Shown here in pieces: positions 10,835-21,700 of a stretch of DNA of 64,000 nt (its first letter is position 1; each line of letters begins with the position of its first letter). Below the pieces are notes generated by a model, which was not told the DNA's origin, ran no database searches, and worked only from the letters and a program-made list of their open reading frames with translations. Location of the stretch: assembly GCA_000004985.1 (NCBI GenBank), contig GG738906.1. One strand, written 5' to 3'. The stretch is from Naegleria gruberi. Lineage: Eukaryota. Made by a program: the position numbers and the translations under genes.

Positions 10835-12379
10835 ATGGGTCAAACGACAAGTAGCGGACAAAATACAACCCTACTCACAGCTGGTCACAATCATGCCGGA
10901 CAACTTGTGAGCGAAGATTTTGTTGATCACTATCAGCTGCACAAAGTAAAACTTCCCTTCCCTGATTGGCTTGAAACTGGTAATGCTCTAACAAGAAAAA
11001 TCAAAAAACCAATCACCATCAAAAGAGCCAGTTGTGGTGCTGCTCATATGATACTAAGAACAAACCGATTGAATGATCTTTATGTAGTTGGTAAAAATAG
11101 TGAATTTCAATTGGGTCTTTCTAACAACAAACCTGTAAAAGAATTAACCAAAATCGATACCAACAAATTCTTGTTAAAGAATGAAAAGATCACAGATGTA
11201 TTTGCTGGAACTCTAGTTTCCTATATTATTGCCAGAAAGATTAATCCATCATCCGAAGAGGGTGATTCGATATATTGGTGTGGTTCTCCACCACTACAAA
11301 ATTTATATGTTCATAATGGAACATCCTTAGGACAAGAATCTAACTCTCCTACGGGAGCTTCATCATCTAATAATTCTCAACCAATTTCTAATTTTTCTTT
11401 TATTCGTTGGACACCTGAAGAAGGATGGAAGAAAAACTTTAGAGTTAAATGTTTTGATTGTTCACGTATTGGAGATGATCACTGTATAGTTGTAAATCAA
11501 TATAATCAAATTTTCGGAAGAGGCTCTAATGCCTATCATCAGTAGGTTTTATTTACTATTTGATTTTTTGATAACATTAATAATATTTTAGATACGGAAG
11601 AAATTTTGATGGTCAAAACTTTGAAAGATTGACAGAAATAAAATTAAAGGGATATGAGAAACAACCACCAAATGTAAAATTAGTTGCCTGTGGAGGATTT
11701 CACAGTGTTATAGTATTGCAGAATAATGAGTTTTACTGCTCTGGATTGTAAGTTTAATTTATAGATTTCTCTAATAATTTTTGATAGAAATTGTCACGGA
11801 CAATTGGGTTATGATGTAGAAAAAACTCAGTACGATTTTATTGAACCTCCTAATTTACCATTTAAAGGTAAAGAAATTACCAATGTAGCTCTAGGCTTAT
11901 ATCATACTGTAGTAGTAGTAGAGCATTCAACGATATATGTATGTGGTGATGGACGATATGGACAATTAGGAAATGGAGAAAACAAATCTATTAATCCAGT
12001 GTTTAGTCGTCTTAAATTAGAAGCTGTTTCACCAGTCACAGGTAATTTTATTAGACATATGAATACATTTATAATTGGTGTTTCATGTGGTCTAACTCAT
12101 ACCGTGATTGTTACAAGTGACAGAAAAGTCTGGAGATGTGGAGGAAATGACTTTGGTCAAATATTTTTAAAGAATGAACTTCAAACCTGCAGTTTTAGTG
12201 TAACATTTGAACCGAGATGTGAAATTAATCAAGTTTCGTGTGGTGGTAAATTTACTGCATTATATTTGAGAAAAAGAGTACCAATTTATGCATTTAATAT
12301 TGAAAGACATTTGAATATTTGGGAAGATAAGGAGAATATGAAATCTTATAGTGATATTGTTGTAAAATGTTTGCATTAA
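10835..12379 (+). CDS. RCC1-repeat (regulator of chromosome condensation-like) protein. 3 exons: 10835..11541, 11592..11747, 11788..12379.
   Basis: Repeated GxNxxGQLG-type motifs (LNCHGQLGY, GDGRYGQLGNG, GGNDFGQIF, VACGGFHSVIV, VSCGLTHTVIV). Introns 11542..11591 and 11748..11787 are GTAGGT/GTAAGT...AG and frame-preserving. Confidence 0.8.
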
Positions 12380-12480
12380 ATTGAAAAAAGTCCTTTTTTG
12401 TTCTTGCTAATTTTTTAAAGCTGTTTTTCGTATCCAATGCATATCCATCAGTGAACCTCTCACAATCACAATTAAAAAAA

Positions 12481-14584
12481 ATGTTGCTCACGGTTGTCTT
12501 TTTATCGGCAGCAGCATATCTTGGCTACCAAGCTTTTTTGACATTTGTTGGAAGTAGGTATTTAATAATACAACAATATAAAATTAAAACTGGCAGGCAA
12601 AAGAACATCAGTGTATGACTTGATCAAAAATCCAAAGTATAACTTGAAGACAGTAGAAGCACCAAAGCTAGCAGGCAAATTATTCTTATTTTTTGTAAAT
12701 TTAGTTGAATTTTCACCAGTTGGCGATTTTTTGGTGCCAATAATTCTCAAATCATCTGGTTTTTCAATCCTTGAAGAAATTTCTGTCTATAACGCTCCTG
12801 CTTTGGATCCCATTCCAATGAGAAACGAAGAAGAACATTTTAATGATTTAAAGCATTTCGAAGAAAATGGTAAATTATCCTGCATGGAAATCCAAAAGAA
12901 AGAAATTGCTAGAATCATTGATGAATACTTTGCTTCTGACATGTCAAAGGAAAATTATGTTTACAATACCATTGCTTATATTCACAAGTTATATAAGGAA
13001 AAGAAAACAACTCCTCTCCAAGTTGCTAAAAATATTCTAAAGGCAATTAAAGAGATTGATGAACAAAATCCATCCTTAAAAGCTGTTATCAAATATGATG
13101 AAAGTTTACTTTTGAAACAAGCTGAAGAATCCACTAAAAGATATGAAGAAGGAAAGGAAATTTCTGTATTTGATGGTGTTCCTGTAACAATCAAGGATGA
13201 ACTTGACCTTGCAGGTTTCACTTCAACCAAAGGAATGAAAGTTACAGAATACACAGAACATGTAATTACTGAAGACGAAGAATCCAATGTTTCAAAATCT
13301 TTACGTGCACTTGGTGTCATGTTCGTTGGTAAGGCCAACCAAAATGAAATTGGTATTTGTGGTAAGTAGTTATATCATTTGATTTAGTCTTTAAAATTCT
13401 AAAATAATTAATATAATTTTGATTTATAATTGTAAAATTTTATCTAGCTCGTGGTATCAATGTAAACTTTGGCTCAGCAAGAAATCCGTACAACCTCCAA
13501 TGTGATACTGGTGGTAGCAGTAGTGGTTCAGGTGCTGGTGTTGGTAGTGGTTTGATTCCATTGAGTATTGGTACGGATGGTGGTGGTAGTGTTAGAATGT
13601 AAGTATGATGAGATCTATTATATTTGAATTAACATCTGGATTTGGTGAACTATTGTCACTAGCCCTTCTTCTTTGTGTGGCGTTTATGGATTAAAGCCAA
13701 CTCATTACAGAATTTCAACCAAGCAAAAGAGTGCCCCTGTTGCTTTTAGTACTTGTGTCGCTGGACCAATGACTGGATCTGCTATTGATTTGACATTGAG
13801 TTTTGCTGCAGTTGCTGGCAGAAGAAGCAATGATTTGAAATCTCTTACTCAACCAAGGGATTTAAGATTGAACGAGATTAGACTTATGGATCCAGATTAT
13901 TATAATCTAAATGAAAGAAAAATTGGAATTCATAACGACTATTTTAATGACGTAAAAGATAATAGAATTCCAAAACTTTGTAGAGACTTTATTGAGAAGG
14001 TATTTTGTAAGATTTATAATGCTCAAATAGATGACTCTATTGTAATCCCATTATTGGAGCCTTCGAGGGTATCCCACTTGGTTACTATTGCCGGTGAAAT
14101 GAGAAATGGTATGAAAGATTATGGATATTATGAATATGATAAGAGATCCAAGCTTTGTCCAGAAACTAGAATGTCTCTTTTATCTCAAAAATACGCCTCC
14201 TCATCCGATTACATTACAGCTCAAAGAGTTAGATCTCACCAAATGGACGAATTTGCAAAACTCTTCGAAAAGGTTGATGTTATTGCATTGCCCACAGTTG
14301 GATGTGTTGCACCTGAATTTGATGAAAGTCAAGTTAAGAAAGGAGGATTGGGTGTCAGCGATTATGATGTACTCTCAAGTATCATGAAATTCATTTTCAC
14401 TTCCAATTTTTGTGGATTCCCTTCAGTTTCAATTCCTATTGGTTTTATTGATAACAAACCAGTTGGCTTGCAACTCATGGCCAAATGGTGGGATGAAGTC
14501 ACCCTTTTGAAATTTTGTTTACTCGCTGAAAAATACACTGAGAAGAAGAAACCACAAAAATTTATTGATATCACATCCCAATAA
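12481..14584 (+). CDS. Fatty-acid amide hydrolase-like amidase (amidase-signature family) with an N-terminal TM anchor. 4 exons: 12481..12553, 12597..13361, 13448..13598, 13663..14584.
   Basis: Amidase signature GGSSSGSGAGVGSGLIPLSIGTDGGGSVR, the Ser-cis-Ser-Lys context (TIKDELDLAGFTSTKG), FAAH-like SSLCGVYGLKPT, and N-terminal MLLTVVFLSAAAYLGYQAFLTFVG. All three introns are GT-AG and restore the frame. Confidence 0.85.
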
Positions 14585-14829
14585 AAATAAAAAAGTTCCC
14601 TCATTTGTGTGAATTATTGAATTTTATTTACACCTCTACCACAGGCATTATACCTACTTTTACACTAATTGTCATCCCATCAACAATTTAACCAAAACAC
14701 GTGGTTATTTATACCATATACTAATCAATTAAAACACGTAAGAAAACTTTAATGTTCACCAAAAGTTTTTTACACAAAGTTCCCACAATTGTTCATCCAA
14801 GAATAACTCCAACATTTTGAAACAAAAAA

Positions 14830-17278
14830 ATGTTCAACAATGCTCCACCAAAAAACCTACTATCGATAACAACAAATACTAACCAGCAACTTCAACAACA
14901 ACTCATACCAACATTTAACATGTCCACAAATAATCAACCAACACACGCATCTTCTTTGACACCAAGTTTGAATAATATAGAAGTAGTTGGGAATGACAAC
15001 ATTCCCTCATCTGGAACAAATATAGATTTAATTAAGCAATTGCTCAATTCTAATCCACAACTACAAATGTACCTACATCAACTTGCCAATCAAACAGAAA
15101 ACAGTAACTCCATGTTGACAACATCCAATAATAATGTTAAAGTAGCAACAATTTCAGACCAAACAAATTCAACAATCGACAATATTCTTTCACTATTCAA
15201 TCAAAGCAATGAATCAAACAACATGTTACAACATCCTGGCAACTATGTATTAAATCACATGCCACAACTCCAAGAGCATAATATTACCTCCAATGCACAA
15301 CCAATGATGCATGGAGATTCTCAACATATTCTATCCCTCTATCTTTCATCAGAGGAAGTACAACAGTTGTTATTGTTGGATCAAGAAGCAACAAACAATA
15401 CTACCACCTTAAATCAACCCCAAATTACATCTCAAAGTTTTGTCAATCCATCAATTTTAAACAATAATTCACTAATAGTAGCAAACGAACAACCACCACT
15501 CTTTACATGCTCTAATTCTGGTACCAGAATCAATACGTGTGCATCTATTGAAGATCATAACAACGCATCCACACATTCTGACCATTTCCTTCATGATGTT
15601 TCTCCTTCGCTTCTTGCATCGCAACAAAATTTGCCTCACCATCAAAAACAAAATACTGCAAACATTGTTCGAAAGCATTCAATCCCCGATCTTCAACTTC
15701 ATCAACATCAACCTATCGTCAATCTCTTATATTCAACATCAACAACAATTAACCAAAATAATCATCACATGATTCAGCCACAAACAACAAATACACAATT
15801 TAATATGGAAATTTCTCCCTCTCCTTCACTTTCATTGCAAATTAATGAAATGGATTTTTATGATTTGCAATATATGAATCAGCCTTTAACGGATTTAGCT
15901 CCCCAACAATATAACAGATATATTTTTGATGGCTGTGAATTCATTCTACCCATCAGGTATTCACCAATAATGAGAGGTTCACAAGTAGTTTTTCTAGGAA
16001 GAGGAGCATACGGGCATGTAATTGCAGCAAATGACACTCAATCAGGAACAACAGTAGCTATTAAGAAAGTACAAAACGTATTTGATAAAGCTGCTTATAG
16101 AATGTTGAGAGGTTTGTGATTTTTATTTCAATAATTTTATTTATTATTTTTATTATTTAAAATAATAATTAATAATTATTTATTTTTATAATTTAATATT
16201 TTAGAGGTGAAAATAATGAGACATTTGAGAGGTCATCCAAATGTAAGTTTAAATTTAATTTTCCAAATTTTATCAATGTTTCAACTGTTATTTGAAAACA
16301 TTCATTATTTTGGATATAGATTGTGACATTAATTGATATTTTTATTCCTGGAAATACGTTAAATGAGTTTAAGGATTTGTATATAGTTTCAGAGTGTATG
16401 AATGGTGATTTAGGAAGAGTGATGACCAATCTATGCAATCAAAAGCAATGTTTATCAATAGATAATATTCGCGATATTATGGGGCAATTATTGAGTGCCA
16501 TGTACTATTTACAGAGTGCAGGAGTACTCCATAGAGATATGAAACCGAGCAATATTTTACTGTCACATAAATTCCAAGTTAAATTGAGCGATTTTGGAAT
16601 GAGTAGAAATGAGGCAACCAATCAACAAGTAACCAATCCTCAAAGTTTTGCTGTTGTAACTGAAATTTATCGACCTGTATGTACTTTACATTCTTTCCTT
16701 TATTGGAATTCGAAATGATCAATATTATACTTCAGCCTGAAGTTGTTTTGAATTATGAGATACAAACTTCTGCAATAGATTCGTGGTCTGTTGGATGTAT
16801 TTTTGCAGAGCTGTTATACATGTTACCGCCATCCTCAAAGAGAAGACCATTATTTGTAATTCTAAAGGATAGTGAAATTAGAGCGCCAAACCACTATGAA
16901 CATTTAAACTTGATGGCTTCTTTATTGGGAAAACCAAAGACAAATGAATTGAAAGGAAATCCACAATATGTACAAGAATTATTGGAATTATTGGAAAATT
17001 TCCCATCTCAAGGATATGATTTTTCTCTAATTTTCCCAGCAGCACCTCCGGAAGCCATTGATCTAATGAAAAGGTTTTTAACATGGAATCCAGAATCAAG
17101 GATATCCTTTGAGGAGGCTCTTAATCATCCCTTCATAAGGAGTAGTAATATGATAAACAGAATTAGGGCTGGCGAAAAAATTGGATCATTGGATGACGAT
17201 GTCAATGTGAGTTCGGAAAAGATAAAATTCCTCTTTTACAAGGAGATAGTGAGCTGGAAATTGGAAAATAAAAACTAA
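14830..17278 (+). CDS. MAPK-like (CMGC) Ser/Thr kinase. A 360-aa N/Q/S-rich N-terminus precedes a kinase domain with a shortened activation segment. 4 exons: 14830..16111, 16205..16242, 16320..16676, 16736..17278.
   Basis: GRGAYGHV...VAIKK, HRDMKPSNILL and DFGMSR. The activation loop is ...AVVTEIYRP|PEVVLNYEIQTSAIDSWSVGC, which has TEIY and lacks the VATRWY of canonical MAPKs. The C-terminal lobe reads LLGKP...DLMKRFLTWNPESRISFEEALNHPF. Confidence 0.8.
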
Positions 17279-17639
17279 TGGATTATTTTAGTGTACAATA
17301 TTCCACCAATTATTTTTCGGTTAAGGCTAATGAATAATCTTGCTTGTTGTTTTGCTAAATGGGCAACCCTTTTTCTAAGATCAACATTGTATCTAACAGT
17401 CGAATAATCCTTAGCTTCTCTAACACTGGCTGAATCTTTCCACATGCTATTCAATTCAAAAATATTACCAATGCAATCAAGAACCTCTTGATACTTTTTG
17501 TCACACAAACAATCTCTCACTCCCCATCAACATTGTAAACTTCGGTTGACTTTGATTTTCCTTTCGGTTTTTCTACAAAATACAAGCATAACTCTTAACA
17601 ATCTCATACATATTATTGCCTATTAGGAAGTCTGTTTCA

Positions 17640-18120
17640 TACCTCTAGTTTAGCATTTCTAAACGCCCTGCTGTGTTGACAGTGTCACCAATGGCAGTAT
17701 TGCACCTACCTTCATTAGATCCAATATTTCCAATAAGACAATTGCCAGTATTAATACCAGTTCTCACCAATGGAAGGTTTTCTTTTTGACAACTGGTCTT
17801 ATATTGCTCAATTCGGAATTAGCAAGCCATTGCTCTGGTGGCCTTTAAAGCATGATCAGGTTTTTAAAGGATGTGAAAAAAAACCATTTGACTCTATTGA
17901 GTATTCAGTATTGATTAAAATAATCAATGTTATCTATTACAACATACCGCCACCAATATATTTATCGAGCACTCCATCATTTTTCTCTACACTCTCTGTA
18001 ACTATGTTGAAATATTCAGTTAAAATCTTGAGAAGAATGGACAAACTGCAAGATTCAGAGCAAAGATCAGAATCAAATTTCATTTTATCAATTAATTACT
18101 AAAAGAACCCAATCTAAACC
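17640..18120 (-). pseudogene. Relic of a class III nucleotidyl (adenylyl/guanylyl) cyclase catalytic domain, disrupted by frameshifts and in-frame stops.
   Basis: Minus-strand segments, in order: KFDSDLCSESCSLSILLKILTEYFNIVTESVEKNDGVLDKYIGG (FSDIVGFT...IGD-like, with D->G), then ESNGFFSHP (SGLP-like), then KPDHALKATRAMAC (HAxxIAxMAL-like), then RTGINTGNCLIGNIGSNEGRCNTAIGDTVNTAGRLEML (RIGIHTGxVVAGVVG...GDTVNTASRME-like). The segments lie in different frames. The shift happens at an A5 run, and a TAA stop follows ...RAMAC. I could not find GT-AG introns that reconcile the frames. Confidence 0.45.
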
Positions 18121-18741
18121 GTGTGAATCATTAATAATATGAACTGAGTATTCCATAAAATAGAAGTTTGAAATGTCAGGATCTTCAGTATTAACATAGG
18201 AACAAGTCCAATGACACAGAAGAGGTATTCTTGAGAGCTGATTCTGGCATTGGATAAATTATCCTTCTTTCCAATACTTTAGCAGTCTGTAAAATAAAAA
18301 CAACAAACAATATATTTTGAAGACTTAAACATTGTGATATTTGAACTGTTGTCATCATTTGTTGATGAGGGATGAATCTTATTATCAGGTTGCTTATATA
18401 ACTTGAACTTCTTTGAGAGAAGTGGTTTGCAGTGATTGAGCTACCATCTTGAGAATTTTATTCTGTAAGTTTTTTGAAACTATTCGTGCTTGTTTCTATA
18501 TTTATTTGAACAATACACAAAATACACAAGGTAAACAGAATTAACTCCGCTAACAATTATCAAAAGTTGAGTAGAGTTTTAATATCACCTTACTCACTTT
18601 TGTACCATATTGTTTCTAACTTATTATAATACTCACAGGAAAGAAAATAACAACCTTTCCTTTAACACCAGATTAAACTTCAACAAAAATTTGTGCATCA
18701 AGTAAATCTAGAACATTTTGTGCTGCAAGCGAGCAAAAAAA

Positions 18742-21700
18742 ATGCCAAAAACTCCAACCTCTAAAAAGTCAAGCAGCAATAACGTGGCAACACCAAACAA
18801 CAATGGTAAACCATCAACAACAACAGGAAACCATGCCACTATAAGTAAAAAAATTACTTTCAAGGACCGATTATTTCAACATATTGAAAAATCTTTTACT
18901 CAACAACCACAACTCACACAAACACTCATCACTGAACTTCAACAACTTTTAACTTTGCCAAGTGTTACCAAAGAAGAAATTTTACACTTTTTCCTTTCCT
19001 TGTTTGATCAATGTGCTGAACAAACTCATTCAAAAAATCCAAGAAACAATTTTGCCGATTCAACCTTTTTTTCATCACTTTCAATAACATTACTTGGTAG
19101 TGTTGTTCCATCATCCATTCAACAAAATGTTAATTTATTCTCCCTTGATGAGTTGTACAAATTATTGAAACAAACACAACAACAATCTTCTTCCGGAGAT
19201 TTTTATGAACAAGTTAAAGTGAGACTCGTTTTCATTACAGGTTGTTTCTTTACAGGCTCTGTGTTTATGGGTCAAACTCAAAATGGGAAAAAACAAAAGT
19301 CTAATACTTTACTTTCAAAATTTGTTGAAGAAGTACAACAAGACTATCGTAGATTGTTAAAGAAAAAGAAGGAACAAGGAGAAAATGTTGAAGAAAAGAA
19401 GCAACAAGCAATCTTGTCTGTACTCTTTGCTGAAGCAATTGGTGCAATTTTAACCTGTATGAAACAAGCTTCTTTAAAGAAGAATTCATCAGTTACAAAG
19501 AAGGAATTGGACACTTTGTGTATGGAATTAGAAACCAGTTTCCTCCCAGAAATTGTGGACCGAACACCATCTCTTCCTGAATCTGATGACGATGACGAAG
19601 AAATGCAAGAAGGTGAGAAGAAAAAGACATTGAAAGATAGAGAAGTAGTTATGGATGGACCATTTTCGAGAAATATGCTCCAAAGCACATATACAGAACT
19701 TTCACTCTATCTTCTTCATTACTACATTCAAGAAAATAGTCCTTCCACTATGGTTGAACGTAATACTATTCTTACTGGTGGAAGATTTAGCTCTGAAGAT
19801 GAATCATCCCAATTTTCTGTGCTCCTTACCCGTTCCTTCATGGCATCTCTCATTGAACACATGAATGAATATCGCCATTTACCTATTCATTGCTTTACTA
19901 CACATTTCCTCAAACAATTGATTGAACCAATCATTCTCACTCATTTAAAGAAGAAGTCTAAAAAGACTAGCAATGTTGAGGATCAATTTGAACTTGCAAA
20001 GGAATTATTAGAATCATTCTTTATTCAACTCATTTCCCAAATGCAAGCACCTCCTTCACTTTTACAACAACCAAAGACTGGTAGCACAAGCGACATTATT
20101 GCTCAAATATCTTCTAGAAAAGCTTATTGGTGGGAAATTCAAGTCTTCCAATCTGTATTGGAATCATTGGATAAGGGATCCGATAAGACTGTTATGAATT
20201 TCATTCTTGATAATATTTTACCTTTGGGTGATATTGAAGGTGTTGTTAATCCATTCCTTGTTATGTGGGGAGCTGTTTTGAATGAATGTAAACAATTCCT
20301 CAAGAATGTTCCAACGAGCGGTTCATCAAGTCCAACAACAGGTAATACCCTTCTCAATTCTCTCTTAATGTTAGTTGTTAAAAAACAAGAGCAAAAGAAG
20401 AGAAAGAGAATTGCTGAAGCTGAAGAAAACAACACTGTCCCAAATGTGGAAACTGAAGCATTGAAGAATGAATACAAGATGAAACAAGTAAGAGAAGAGT
20501 TTTTCCAATATCAAATATGGTTAGGTACTCAATTGAGACCTAGAATAATGAGTTTAACATCATTAACTCCATCTCTTTCAAAGTACTTACTTTCCAGAGA
20601 ATCTGTTTTGTGCAAGGTTTCAAATACTTTGGGAACTTACACAGCTGAAAAACTCTCAACCTTTACTATTGAAGCAGATAAAAAGAAGAGAAAAGCTCAA
20701 GAAGACGATGAGGATATTATTTCTTTATCTCGTAGAACCTCTCGTTCACTTTTAAGAGGTCTGTCCTCATGGTTGAGAGACTCTATCAAACATAGAGTGG
20801 GTACAATTACTAGATCAATTCTTTTAATCTTGTCTCAATATGACGAGCAAATGGAACGATTCATCGCCAAGAAAAATCAGATGGATTTGGTACATGATAC
20901 CTTACTTCAAACCGAAGAAAAGGAAGAAGAATGGCTCAATGAAGAAGCACTCAGATTTTTATTGTCATGTTTCCCAACAAATGTCAGAGTTTATGATAAG
21001 AGTGAAGATTCTTTCACTACTGAAGATCTCACAATTCTTCTCAAAAAGTTATTTGAAGTGGGTTCATTAATGAACTATGTTAGCGATAAGCCACTCTTGA
21101 CAAAGAAATCAGACGAAGAGAGAGAAACTCTCATTAGACACAGATCATACTATGGAAAGGATATTGTTGATTTATCCTCTAATTTGGTAAAACTGATAAT
21201 TAATAATTTGGCAGTTCAAGAATTTAACTGGATGAGACAACAATTCCACACCAAGGAAGTCAAAGAAACTGAAAAACAACTAACAAGCTCAAAGAGCTGG
21301 AGTAATGAACTCTATTCTTATGCTATCAAGTTATTTGGTCTTGAAGAAAAGAGTAAACAAGAGAAGAGAAAGAGAATTTTTGAAACTAAGGATAACAACT
21401 CGAACTTTAAAAAACTTCAATCTCTCTTGGGATCTATTCAATCTGATTTGGACAAGTGCAGTATCGGAAGCTCATCAAAAGCTTGTATGGATTGGTCAAT
21501 CCTTTCATCTCTTGCTATTTATATTAGGCAAGTATTGGTAACTAGTTTCTTCGATCCTTGGATTATTGAATCTGAAGCTCAGGGTCAACCTATGGTTGAA
21601 GACTTGGCTAGAGTCTATGGAACCATTTCTAAACTTTCTTCCTCTGATCTTATTCTCATTTGCCAAAAGAAGGAAGATTCAATGCAAGATGAATCTATTC

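Noticed and set aside
14880-15800. Long CAA/AAT/ACA repeat tracts resembling microsatellites
   Set aside because: They are in frame within the MAPK-like gene and encode its poly-Q/N/T low-complexity N-terminus. They are not independent repeat features. Similar tracts occur in other genes here.
17275-17520. An 81-aa minus-strand ORF beginning with a GTG codon
   Set aside because: It has no ATG, and an in-frame stop lies immediately upstream. It sits in the disrupted 3' part of the cyclase relic, so I treated it as part of the pseudogene region rather than a gene.
17770-18102. A 110-aa plus-strand ORF (MEGFLFDNWSY...)
   Set aside because: It lies antisense to the cyclase-homology relic and has no domain or compositional support. 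It is most likely chance.
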